Of a stretch of DNA of 64,000 bases, positions 7,716 through 16,112 are shown one piece after another; within the stretch, counting starts at the first letter, position 1; each line of letters begins with the position of its first letter. A program made the translations under genes and the position numbers. This DNA comes from Candidatus Multivoradales bacterium. Its GTDB lineage: Bacteria > Acidobacteriota > Thermoanaerobaculia > Multivoradales > JAHEKO01. Under the pieces are notes generated by a model. That model saw only the letters and a list, made by a program, of their open reading frames with translations, had not been told where the DNA came from and ran no database searches. The DNA is taken from contig CBDCXM010000009.1 of NCBI GenBank assembly GCA_965223855.1, forward strand, positions 1,632,001 through 1,696,000, in the 5' to 3' direction.

Positions 7716-9356
7716 ATGACACTCGAGACCAAACGTTGGATCATCGCCGCGCTCGGCTTTCTCTTCCTGCTCTCTCTCGTGCTGGTGCAGTGGATGGAGA
7801 CGGCGCGCAAGGCGGAGGAAGCGGGCCTGGCCAAGGCTCACATCGCGGTGCCCGACAGTTCGAAGGAATGCGTCAAGTGTCACGACCAGAGCACGCCGGG
7901 GATCATCGGCCACTGGGAGGGGAGTACCCATGCGGAGAAGGGTGTCGGCTGTGTCGAATGCCATCGGGCCGAGTCCTTCGATGCGGACTCGTTCGAGCAC
8001 TACGGCGAGGTGATCGCCACCGTCGTCACGCCGCGCGACTGCGCCGGTTGTCATCTGAAAGAGGCGGAGCAGTTCGCCTCCAGCCACCACGCCAAGGGCG
8101 GCAACATCCTCGCTTCGCTCGACAACTTCCTCGCCGAGACGGTCGAAGGCTCGCGCGAGCCGTTCAATCCCCACAGCCCTACGCCCGGGATGCAGGTGAA
8201 CGCCGTCAACGGTCTGGCGAGCGCGTTTTCCGGCTGCCAGCAGTGCCATGGGTCAAAAGTGGCGCTGCTGGGAGAGGACGGTCGGCAGATCACCGTCGAT
8301 GACCTGCAGCCCGACGAGAACGGGCGGCCGACCAACGTCGTCGCGGTGGAGGCGATCGCCCGCGACGAGAACGGCAAGCCGAGCTTCCATCCCGGTACCT
8401 GGCCCAACACGGGCATCGGGCGACTCAATCTCGACGGATCACGAGGATCGTGCTCGGCCTGTCACAGCCGTCACGATTTCTCGCCGCGCCGGGCACGTCA
8501 GCCGGAGAACTGCGGCAAATGCCACCTCGGCCCCGACCATCCTCAGAAAGAGATCTTCGAGGAGTCGAAGCACGGCGTCGCCTACCGCGACCTCAAGGAC
8601 GACCTCAACCTCGACGGCGAGGACTGGGTGCTGGGGGTGGACTACTCCGCCGCCCCGACCTGCGCCACGTGCCACATGTCCGGCCATCTGCGCAACGGCG
8701 GCGAGGTGACCCACGACCCGGGCGAGCGCATCTCATGGACGAACCGGCCTCCGGTGTCGCTCGTCATGGACACCGACGAGAACCATGCGATCGTCAAGGA
8801 GACCGATCCCGACAAGAGGCGTGAGCTCATCGCCGACAGCTGGGAGGACAAGCGCAATCGGATGAAGCAGGTGTGCTCGCACTGCCACACCCCCGACTAC
8901 GTCAACGCCTTCTACCGGCAGTACGACGACCTGGTCATCCTCTACAACGAGAAGTTCGCCAAGCCGGGACAGCAGATCATGGCGGCGTTGGCGGCGGCCG
9001 GCTTGCGATCGCCCACCCAGTTCGACGAAGAGATCGAGTGGACCTGGTTCTACCTGTGGCACCACGAGGGGCGGCGGGCGCGTCACGGCGCGTCGATGAT
9101 GGCGCCCGACTACACGCACTGGCACGGCATGTACGAGGTCGCGGAGCGGTTCTACATGGAGCTCATCCCACAGGCGCGCGAGATCACTCACGAGGCGAGG
9201 GCGGACGGGCACGCGGCTGCGGCCGCCGAGGTGGACGGAGTGATCGCCGCCATCCTTGCCCGGCCCGAGCACGAATGGTTCGAGGAGGGGGCCGTGGCCG
9301 AGACCGAGCGGGTGCGAGAGGAGATGCGACGGCGCTACGGTCAGGGCGGCGGTTAG
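7716..9356 (+). CDS. Membrane-anchored octaheme c-type cytochrome, hydroxylamine oxidoreductase (HAO) family
   Basis: N-terminal TM helix. Eight CxxCH motifs: CVKCH, CVECH, CAGCH, CQQCH, CSACH, CGKCH, CATCH, CSHCH. HAO motifs RHDFS, GPDHPQKEIFEESKHG, APTCATCHM and HGASMMAPDYTHWHG. GAGGAG RBS. Confidence 0.92.
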   Translation: MTLETKRWIIAALGFLFLLSLVLVQWMETARKAEEAGLAKAHIAVPDSSKECVKCHDQSTPGIIGHWEGSTHAEKGVGCVECHRAESFDADSFEHYGEVIATVVTPRDCAGCHLKEAEQFASSHHAKGGNILASLDNFLAETVEGSREPFNPHSPTPGMQVNAVNGLASAFSGCQQCHGSKVALLGEDGRQITVDDLQPDENGRPTNVVAVEAIARDENGKPSFHPGTWPNTGIGRLNLDGSRGSCSACHSRHDFSPRRARQPENCGKCHLGPDHPQKEIFEESKHGVAYRDLKDDLNLDGEDWVLGVDYSAAPTCATCHMSGHLRNGGEVTHDPGERISWTNRPPVSLVMDTDENHAIVKETDPDKRRELIADSWEDKRNRMKQVCSHCHTPDYVNAFYRQYDDLVILYNEKFAKPGQQIMAALAAAGLRSPTQFDEEIEWTWFYLWHHEGRRARHGASMMAPDYTHWHGMYEVAERFYMELIPQAREITHEARADGHAAAAAEVDGVIAAILARPEHEWFEEGAVAETERVREEMRRRYGQGGG

Positions 9357-9419
9357 CACCGTAGAGGGGAGTGAGGCCGCGGCCGGTCCCGCGGGCGGGC
9401 GAACCCCTGTCAGGTGGCT

Positions 9420-10274
9420 TCAGCCCGACAGGTGCCTGCGGAACCAGGTCTGCGTCGCGTTGAGGACGGTCGTGAGGTGCGGGTTCGGGGAACCGAGCGG
9501 GTGAGTGGCGCCGAAGGTATGGTTGCCGCCTTCGACCAGCACGCTCTCGAAGCTCGATCCGGTCGCGACACCTTGCAGGGCCCCGGCCTCCGCCACCGGC
9601 ACGGTCTCGTCCTCCGTCCCGTGTACGAGCAGCCACGGCGTCTCGATCCGCGCGGCGGCCGCCCGAACGTCGTACTCGTCGAGACGACCCTCGCCGTCCT
9701 CGATCAGCGAGGCGTCGAGAAAAAGCTCCTGTCCGGTGCGACCGTTGACGATCGGCAGCCGCCCGCTTTCGCGCCACGCCTGCTTCGCCTCTTCGTCGAT
9801 CCGGTCCCAGGTCGAGATCGCCGCCCAGGTCACGAGGGCGCGCAGCCGTCCGCGCCAGCGCTCGGAGCCGGCGGTGACGATCGACAGACCGCCGCCGCGG
9901 CTGTGACCAAGCAGGCCCAGGCGCTCGGTATCGACCCGGCCGGCGGCGAGGCGGTCCTCGGTGAGCGCGGTCAGCACGGCGTCGATGTCCTCGAGATCGT
10001 CGCCGAAGGTGCGCCGGGCGAACGCCTCTTCGTCGGTCACGAGGTCGTCCCCCGGCTGCATGCCCGAGCTGCCGAGATTGAAGCGGACGACGGTGAAGCC
10101 TCGTGCCGCCAGCAGGTCGGCGAGGTAGGGATGGAAGCCCCACTCCTGGAAGCTCTTGAAGCCGTGGCAGTCGAGGACGGTCGGCCGGCGGCCCGGGGTG
10201 TCGGGAAGGTCGAGGATACCGGGGAGCACACGACCGGAAGGCGTGTCGAGGGCGAAGCTCTGGCGTTCGGGCAT
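9420..10274 (-). CDS. Alpha/beta hydrolase
   Basis: HGFKS, nucleophile elbow GHSRGG, VHGTEDETVP, GGNHTF. Confidence 0.85.
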   Translation of the reverse strand: MPERQSFALDTPSGRVLPGILDLPDTPGRRPTVLDCHGFKSFQEWGFHPYLADLLAARGFTVVRFNLGSSGMQPGDDLVTDEEAFARRTFGDDLEDIDAVLTALTEDRLAAGRVDTERLGLLGHSRGGGLSIVTAGSERWRGRLRALVTWAAISTWDRIDEEAKQAWRESGRLPIVNGRTGQELFLDASLIEDGEGRLDEYDVRAAAARIETPWLLVHGTEDETVPVAEAGALQGVATGSSFESVLVEGGNHTFGATHPLGSPNPHLTTVLNATQTWFRRHLSG

Positions 10275-10337
10275 GGAGGCATCCTATCGGCACCTGTCGT
10301 GCGCCCAGGGGCTCGTCTGCAGGGGTAGACTGCCGGC

Positions 10338-11315
10338 GTGATCGGGCGAGCGGCGTGGATGGAGGGGGCCGGCTGGACCGAGCGGCGGTGGAGCGAGGCG
10401 TTTCTCGCGCGCGGCGAGGATCGGGTCCGCTTCCTCAACGGGTACCTCACCTGCGAGGTCGCTGCCGAGAACGGCAGCTTCGGCTTCTTCACCCACGCGA
10501 AGGGGGGCATCCTCGCCGACGCGGTGGTTCAGGCGCGCGAAGGGGAGCACCGGATCGTGGTGCCGGATGGGCGGGGAGAGGCTCTCCTCGAGCATCTGCG
10601 GCGCTACGTGATCGCCGACCGGGTCGAGTTCGAGCTGGAGGAAGGCGTGGCGGAGTGGATCCTGGCGGGGGAGGGCGCCGCCGGCATGCTCTCGGCACTC
10701 GGTGTCGACGTACCGCGCGTCGAAGCAAGGGAGGAGTGGACGACGGTCACCGGCAAGCTCGGCGGTGCGGCGGTCCACGTCACGCTGGAGCGTGACCTCG
10801 GGGCGCCGGTGTTCTCGATTGCCGCTGCCATCGAGGACGCCGCCGGCGTCGCTGGAGCTCTCGAGAGTTCCGGCGCCGAAACGGTCGACGGGGCGGCGTT
10901 CGAAGCGGCTCGGATCGCCGCCGGAGTGCCCCGCTACGGCGTCGACTACGACGAGCGTCACTTTCCGCAGGAGACGGGGCTCGAAGACGGGATCAGTTAC
11001 ACCAAGGGCTGCTATCTGGGCCAGGAGGTGGTGGCGAGGATTCACTATCGCGGCCACGTCAACCACAGTCTGCGGGCTCTCGACTTCGAGCTGACCGATT
11101 CGTTGACGCTGCCCGAGCCGGGCACGCCCGTGACGTTCGAGGGCGACGAGGTCGGTCGGGTCGGCAGCTCGGCTCGCTTCGAGCCCGACGGAGTGGCGCG
11201 TGCTCTGGCGGTGCTCCACCGCAAGGCGGCCGAACCCGGGACGACCGTTCGCGTCGCCGGCGGCCTGGCAGCGGTGGTCGTCGTCGCACGATCGCCTCAC
11301 GGCTCTGTTATCTGA
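10338..11315 (+). CDS. ygfZ: YgfZ/GcvT folate-binding protein
   Basis: GEDRVRFLNG and the signature ISYTKGCYLGQEVVAR. Confidence 0.85.
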   Translation: MIGRAAWMEGAGWTERRWSEAFLARGEDRVRFLNGYLTCEVAAENGSFGFFTHAKGGILADAVVQAREGEHRIVVPDGRGEALLEHLRRYVIADRVEFELEEGVAEWILAGEGAAGMLSALGVDVPRVEAREEWTTVTGKLGGAAVHVTLERDLGAPVFSIAAAIEDAAGVAGALESSGAETVDGAAFEAARIAAGVPRYGVDYDERHFPQETGLEDGISYTKGCYLGQEVVARIHYRGHVNHSLRALDFELTDSLTLPEPGTPVTFEGDEVGRVGSSARFEPDGVARALAVLHRKAAEPGTTVRVAGGLAAVVVVARSPHGSVI

Positions 11316-11337
11316 GGTTCCTCGACAGGAGGAACCC

Positions 11338-12012
11338 GTGAAACAGAGTCTGACCCCAGCCCTGATCTGCGAACTGGTCGGTACCTTCGCCCTGGTCTTC
11401 GTCGGCGCCGGCGCGGCCGCCCTCGGCGTGGGCGGTCTCCTGGGAGCCGCCTTCGCACACGGCATGGTCGTCGTCGGTTTCGTCTACGCCTACGGCCACG
11501 TCTCCGGTACCCACATCAACCCCGTGGTGACGATCGGCTGCTGGGTCGCCGGTGCCATCGGCACCGGCCAGGCGCTCTTCTACGTCGTCTTCCAGCTCTT
11601 CGGGGGAGTTCTGGGAGCGATGACCCTGCGTACGGTGCTCGGCGGTGCGGAAACGGGGCTGGGGCTGACGCTGCCGGCTCAGGAACTCGCGATCGGTGAC
11701 GCCAGCCTGACGATCGGCGCCGGGATGGCGATTCTCATCGAGGCGATCCTGACGTTCTTTCTCGTCAATGCGGTCCTCAATGCCGCCGTCAGCGGCAAGG
11801 CCGGGAGTCTCGCGGCGGTAGGGATCGGCATGACGCTCATGGCCTGCATCCTCATGGGCGCACCGCTCACCGGGGCGAGCTTCAACCCGGCGCGCTCTCT
11901 CGGACCGGCCGTGGCGACGGGGCAGTTCCAGCAGTTGTGGATCTACTTCGTCGGCCCGACTCTCGGCGCCGTGGTGGCGGCGCTCCTCTACCGCGGCTTG
12001 CTCGAGGAATAG
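11338..12012 (+). CDS. MIP-family aquaporin
   Basis: GGAGG RBS then GTG 11338. SGTHINPVV and GASFNPARSLGPA motifs; six hydrophobic segments. Confidence 0.9.
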   Translation: MKQSLTPALICELVGTFALVFVGAGAAALGVGGLLGAAFAHGMVVVGFVYAYGHVSGTHINPVVTIGCWVAGAIGTGQALFYVVFQLFGGVLGAMTLRTVLGGAETGLGLTLPAQELAIGDASLTIGAGMAILIEAILTFFLVNAVLNAAVSGKAGSLAAVGIGMTLMACILMGAPLTGASFNPARSLGPAVATGQFQQLWIYFVGPTLGAVVAALLYRGLLEE

Positions 12013-12086
12013 GGAACCCGAGTCTCAGGAGCCCGACTCTCAGGAGCCCGGGCCCCGGGAGTCGGGGGCGTGGCAGGACCGGGGTG

Positions 12087-12467
12087 TCAGACGGCGAAGG
12101 ACGAGCCGCAGCCGCAGGTGCCGACCGCCTGCGGGTTGATGAACTTGAAACCGGCCCCGGTCGTGCCGAGGACGTAGTCGATCTCGGTGCCCTGGAGATA
12201 GCGCGCGCTGATCGGATCGACGAAGACGGTCAGTCCGTCGTACTCGAGCACGAAGTCGTTCTCCCGCGGCTCGAGTTCGAAGTCGAGGGCGTACTCGAAG
12301 CCGCTGCATCCGCCGCCGCGGACCGCCACCCTCAGGCCGGAGGCCTCGTCGATCTTCTCCGTCTCGCGGGTGATCTTCACCATCTGCACCGCCTTGTCGG
12401 TGAGGGCGATCGGGGTGGGTGCCGGAGGCGTCGCCGCATCCGGAGTCGTGGTCGGGGTGGTTTCCAT
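12087..12467 (-). CDS. A-type Fe-S cluster carrier (HesB/IscA/ErpA)
   Basis: LRVAVRGGGCSGFEY and C-terminal NPQAVGTCGCGSSF. Confidence 0.92.
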   Translation of the reverse strand: METTPTTTPDAATPPAPTPIALTDKAVQMVKITRETEKIDEASGLRVAVRGGGCSGFEYALDFELEPRENDFVLEYDGLTVFVDPISARYLQGTEIDYVLGTTGAGFKFINPQAVGTCGCGSSFAV

Positions 12468-12525
12468 CTTCAGCGCTCCTTGCCGGCGTTGTCGTTGCCG
12501 ACTGGAGGAAAGTGTACCAAGCGGG

Positions 12526-13011
12526 TCAAGGAATCTCGTCTTCGGCAGGTGGCGGTGAGTGCCCCTGCGGACGGTGCCGCGGGTGCTCACCGGCACGGTC
12601 GTCGTCGCGTCCATCGCCACGACGGTGCCGACCCCGGGGGCCACGGTGGCGACCCGGACCGCGCTCCCGCCAGCGCCGCCGGCGCTCGCGATAGATCTCG
12701 AGCTGCTCGGCATCGAGCACCGCCTCGACCTCGGCGTGGGCGCGCTCGAGGACCGTTTCCACCCTCGGTCGCAGCTCCTCGCGCACCGCCTCCAGCTCGC
12801 GCCGCGAGTCGCGGAAGATCGCTTCGAGTCGGCTGCGTTGCTCGGGCGTCAGGTCGAGATCGCGATGAAGGAAGTAGCGCTCCAGGTGCGGTGGCTCGCC
12901 GGGCATGTCGGCCGGGCGCCGGCCGTCGAGGAGCCGGGCACCCAGCGCTCCCGAAACCAGGCCGACGGCGAAGACGACCGCCACCAGCAGCAGCGCGATC
13001 GGCCGGCTCAC
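12526..13011 (-). CDS. Periplasmic Spy/CpxP-like protein (anti-sigma accessory)
   Basis: N-terminal hydrophobic helix, LDLTPEQ...VLDAEQ (LTxxQ-like) motifs, Arg/His-rich tail. Third gene of the ECF operon. Confidence 0.65.
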   Translation of the reverse strand: MSRPIALLLVAVVFAVGLVSGALGARLLDGRRPADMPGEPPHLERYFLHRDLDLTPEQRSRLEAIFRDSRRELEAVREELRPRVETVLERAHAEVEAVLDAEQLEIYRERRRRWRERGPGRHRGPRGRHRRGDGRDDDRAGEHPRHRPQGHSPPPAEDEIP

Positions 13012-13403
13012 GGCGCCTCCCCCGGCCCCGCGTCGGCGCTCAGCCCCGCATCGTCGAGCAGCCAGGAGACCACGGCGGTCTCAGGGTCGCTCGTCTCCGT
13101 CGTCAACGGGTCGGTCTCGCGCAGACTGAGCCACGAGAGCACGAGCGCCAGCGCGAGGGTCGCCGGCAGCAGGCGCAGCGCCGCCCATCCGAGAAGGTCT
13201 TCGGAGGTCTCGAGCCGCTCGCGGACCCGCAGAGCGAAGCCGGGAGGCGGCGAAATCTCGGAGCGCTCGCCGAGGAGCTCATGGGCCGCCTCCAGACGTC
13301 CGACGAAGCGGGCGCACGCGGGGCAGCCCTCCGCATGCCGGAGCGCCACCGGATCGGTCCCATCGGTGGCGATCAGGGTGTCGCGAGCGCTGCGGCAGTT
13401 CAC
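13008..13403 (-). CDS. Zinc-finger (HxxxCxxC) anti-sigma factor
   Basis: MNC...HAEGCPAC motif and a single TM helix; coupled to the ECF sigma gene. Confidence 0.8.
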   Translation of the reverse strand: MNCRSARDTLIATDGTDPVALRHAEGCPACARFVGRLEAAHELLGERSEISPPPGFALRVRERLETSEDLLGWAALRLLPATLALALVLSWLSLRETDPLTTETSDPETAVVSWLLDDAGLSADAGPGEAP

Positions 13404-13957
13404 GGCGTCTCCTCCTCCAGGAGAGCCCGCAGCTTGCGCCGCGCGCGGAAGGCCCGCACCTTGACGTTCGAGACGGACCAGCCGAGGCGCTCGGCGATCT
13501 CGGCCGTCGTCCAGCCCTCGCCGTGGAGCAGCTGAAGCAGAAATCGATCTCGAGAATCGAGGTGCGAGAGCAGCCGCTCGGCATCGAGTCGCGCCTCGGG
13601 ACCGGCGCTCCTGTCCGGCAGCTCGGAGTCCAGCTCCTCGCTCGGTTTCGCCCGGCGCAGAAGCTGATAGCAGCAGTTGAGGCAGACGCGCGTCAGCCAG
13701 TGCTCGAACGGCGCCTCGGCACGGTAGCTCGAGAGCTTTCGCCAGGCGGTGAGGAAGGTTTCCTGAGCCGCCTCCTCGACGTCGGCTCGCTGGCGGAAGA
13801 AGCGACCGGCGAGCCGGAAGACCCGCTGTTGATGCTGCTCGACGAGGCGGGTGAAAGCGTCGCGGTCGCCGTCCCTGGCGGCGACGACGAGGCGTGCCTC
13901 TTCGCTCGCGTCCACGGGAGCGAAACCGGCGGTCATCGGTAGGGCCCAGGCATACAT
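13400..13957 (-). CDS. ECF RNA polymerase sigma factor
   Basis: GDRDAFTRLV, VEEAAQETFLTAWRKL, FEHWLTRV, EIAERLGWSVSNVKVRAFRAR. Start ambiguous (13936/13957/13993). Confidence 0.9.
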   Translation of the reverse strand: MYAWALPMTAGFAPVDASEEARLVVAARDGDRDAFTRLVEQHQQRVFRLAGRFFRQRADVEEAAQETFLTAWRKLSSYRAEAPFEHWLTRVCLNCCYQLLRRAKPSEELDSELPDRSAGPEARLDAERLLSHLDSRDRFLLQLLHGEGWTTAEIAERLGWSVSNVKVRAFRARRKLRALLEEETP

Positions 13958-14009
13958 GATCTTGGGTGCGGCAGTGGCGGCCGTCGCGATCACGGCCGCT
14001 TCAACCAGT

Positions 14010-14038
14010 GAGATGCAGCGAACCGCCGTCAGGTTACA
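14010..14038 (-). promoter_or_regulatory. Putative ECF promoter TGTAACC-N15-GCATCTC driving the sigma operon
   Basis: Minus strand reads TGTAACCTGACGGCGGTTCGCTGCATCTC; a near-identical copy lies on the plus strand at 14076. Confidence 0.65.
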
Positions 14039-14075
14039 TCGTGCGGCCGGCCGTGCGAGCCGGCCCCGGCTCCTT

Positions 14076-14104
14076 TGTAACCCGATCGGCGGTTCGCGCA
14101 TCTC
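14076..14104 (+). promoter_or_regulatory. Putative ECF promoter TGTAACC-N15-GCATCTC driving the Spy/CpxP gene
   Basis: TGTAACCCGATCGGCGGTTCGCGCATCTC, same length and boxes as the minus-strand copy. Confidence 0.65.
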
Positions 14105-14164
14105 TCCACCCGAAGCGAGCCGAACGCGGCTCGACACAGACGAACCGAACGAAGGGACGAACCG

Positions 14165-14746
14165 ATGAAGCGAAGGAAGATACCGGGTTGGATGCTGGTG
14201 ACCGTCATGGCGCTGCCGGGCATGGCGGCTGCCGACGGTGGGCCGGAAGCGTGGGACAGGGAGGGCCGGGTTCATGAGCGGCACGGTCGCCGCGGCGGCC
14301 CGCATCTGGAGGAGAGGCGGGAAGAGCGGCTCGATCGCATGGTCCGCTTCCTCGACCTCAACGATCAGCAGGTCGAAGAATGGCGCGAGATTCGCGCCGG
14401 CCACGAGAGCGAGATGCGGGGGCAACTCGAAGGAGTCGGCGACCTGTTGCGGCAGGTGGACGAGACGATCGAGGCCGGCAACGCCGATCCCGCCGAAGTC
14501 GGTCGGATGGTGATCGAAGTCCACGAGCGGCGGGCCGCCGCCGCAGCCTCCCGCGAGCAGATGCACGAGCAGCTGGCAGCCGTGCTCACTCCGGAGCAGC
14601 TCGAGCGGTTCGAGGCGATGCGTGAACTGCACGGCGAGAGTCATCGCGGACCGTTCTCCCGGCGGGGAGGCGCACGCCACGGTCGTCACGGTCGCTGGGG
14701 TGGCCCCTCGGGCGCCGGCGACGGATCCGATCCGAGCAGGGACTGA
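14165..14746 (+). CDS. Spy/CpxP-family periplasmic chaperone
   Basis: Signal peptide, LDLNDQQ and VLTPEQ motifs, helical, His/Gly-rich ends. Confidence 0.8.
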   Translation: MKRRKIPGWMLVTVMALPGMAAADGGPEAWDREGRVHERHGRRGGPHLEERREERLDRMVRFLDLNDQQVEEWREIRAGHESEMRGQLEGVGDLLRQVDETIEAGNADPAEVGRMVIEVHERRAAAAASREQMHEQLAAVLTPEQLERFEAMRELHGESHRGPFSRRGGARHGRHGRWGGPSGAGDGSDPSRD

Positions 14747-14773
14747 CGAGTTCCCGGTCCCCCGGTGCCCCGG

Positions 14774-14803
14774 GGCGCAGCCGGCCGCGCTGCCGGCTGC
14801 GCC
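14774..14803 (+). terminator. Strong hairpin downstream of the spy-like gene (possible terminator or stabiliser)
   Basis: GGCGCAGCCGGC-cgcgct-GCCGGCTGCGCC, a 12-bp perfect stem with no U-tract. Confidence 0.4.
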
Positions 14804-14823
14804 GTCTCTCGTAAGATCGCGCC

Positions 14824-15528
14824 GTGCTGCGTGCGGTGTTGTTCGACTTCAACGGCGTCCTCGTCGATGATCTGCAGGTCCATCGAGACCTGCTCGAACG
14901 GGTGCTGGCCGAGGAGGAGCTGCCGGGCCGCTCGGAGATCGACGCCCCACTCGCCGGCCGCAACGACCGCGAGGTGTTCGCAGCATTGCTCGAACACTCC
15001 GGCAGCGAGGCCGAGCCGAGCGAGCTGCTGCGCCTGGTGGCACGCAAGGCGGCGCTCTACCAGGAACACGTACGCCGTCGTGGCTACCGTCTCTACCCCG
15101 GGGCGCTAGAGCTGGTGGAGGGGGCGGCGACCCAGGGGTTGATGCTCGGGATCGTCAGCGGCGCCCTGCGCGAGGAGATCGTCCAGGCGCTCCACCAGAG
15201 TGGCCTGCGCAGCCGCTTCAAGGCGATCGTCTCGGCGGAGGACGTGCGCCGCGGCAAGCCGCACCCCGAGATCTTCCAGCGCGCCGTCGAGCAGCTCAAC
15301 TTCCAGCCGCCCCTGCCGGAGCGGCTCGTCCATCCGCACGAGGTGCTGGCGGTCGAGAACTCGCCGATGGGGATCGCCGCGGCGCGGGCGGCCGGTCTCG
15401 TCTGTCTCGGGGTGGCGCACTCCCACCAGTTGTGTCAGCTCGTCACCGCCAGCGGCGCGGTCGTGAGCCTCACCGACGTCGATCCGGGCGACCTGCAACG
15501 GCTGTTCGCCGAGGCGAGCCAGCGATGA
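14824..15528 (+). CDS. HAD-family phosphatase (beta-PGM/CbbY-like)
   Basis: LFDFNGVLVD, LYPGA, IVSGA, GKPHPEIF. Confidence 0.85.
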   Translation: MLRAVLFDFNGVLVDDLQVHRDLLERVLAEEELPGRSEIDAPLAGRNDREVFAALLEHSGSEAEPSELLRLVARKAALYQEHVRRRGYRLYPGALELVEGAATQGLMLGIVSGALREEIVQALHQSGLRSRFKAIVSAEDVRRGKPHPEIFQRAVEQLNFQPPLPERLVHPHEVLAVENSPMGIAAARAAGLVCLGVAHSHQLCQLVTASGAVVSLTDVDPGDLQRLFAEASQR

Positions 15529-16082
15529 GTCTTCCCGCCGAATGGCAGGCGGAGATCGAGCGCTACGTGCGCCCGCTCTACGCCGGGCTCGACGGTGTCG
15601 ACGGATATCCCGCGGTGGAGCGGCTGGAGCGCCGCCTCGACGAGCTCGCGGAGGGCACCGCCTGCGATCGTGAACTCGTCTCCCTGCTCGCCGTGTTCCA
15701 GGGCGTTCTCCCGCGCCTCGGCTCGCTGACGGCAGGCGGGCGCTGGCACCTCTTCCTCAAGGGGGTCGGTCTTCCGGAGGCGACGATCGCCCGGCTGCGG
15801 GCGGCGCTGGGTCGCCTGGAGGCGGCACCGGTTGGCATCGAAGAGGAGCTGCTGCAGGACGCGCTGCTCCTCGAGCGTACCGGGGTCCGCGCGGCGGTCG
15901 AGGCGCTGTGGCAGGCGGGGCGCAAGCGCACTGCGGTCGATCGCGCGGTGGGCGCGCTCGACGCCGGACCGGGCGAAGAGCGATTTCACACTCCGAACGG
16001 GCGCCGCATCGCGGCGCGCCGGTTCGCCGCCGCCACCGCCTTCATCGCCGACCTCAGAAGCGCGCTCGACGCCGAGCGCTGA
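15525..16082 (+). CDS. Hypothetical protein with degenerate HD-hydrolase-like features
   Basis: ATGA overlap with the HAD gene. QDALLLERTG and FHTPNGRRIAARR resemble the HD-domain C-terminus, but the metal-binding His/Asp residues are absent. Confidence 0.55.
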   Translation: MSLPAEWQAEIERYVRPLYAGLDGVDGYPAVERLERRLDELAEGTACDRELVSLLAVFQGVLPRLGSLTAGGRWHLFLKGVGLPEATIARLRAALGRLEAAPVGIEEELLQDALLLERTGVRAAVEALWQAGRKRTAVDRAVGALDAGPGEERFHTPNGRRIAARRFAAATAFIADLRSALDAER

Positions 16083-16112
16083 ACCGGTCGCCGCCGGGGC
16101 TCAGTCCCGGGC

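Noticed and set aside
7716-9356. Interpreting the HAO-family gene as evidence of nitrification or anammox
   Set aside because: There are no amo, cycAB or hzs genes in the window, and the C-terminal motif looks like the reductive type.
12017-12070. Short tandem repeat TCTCAGGAGCCC x2 between convergent genes (similar GGGCTCAGTCC x2 near 16097-16120)
   Set aside because: Only two short copies with no spacers of CRISPR size; likely local slippage.
14824-15528. DxN instead of DxD, and EN instead of ED, in the HAD motifs
   Set aside because: FDFNG-type HAD subfamilies are common; not enough to claim novelty.
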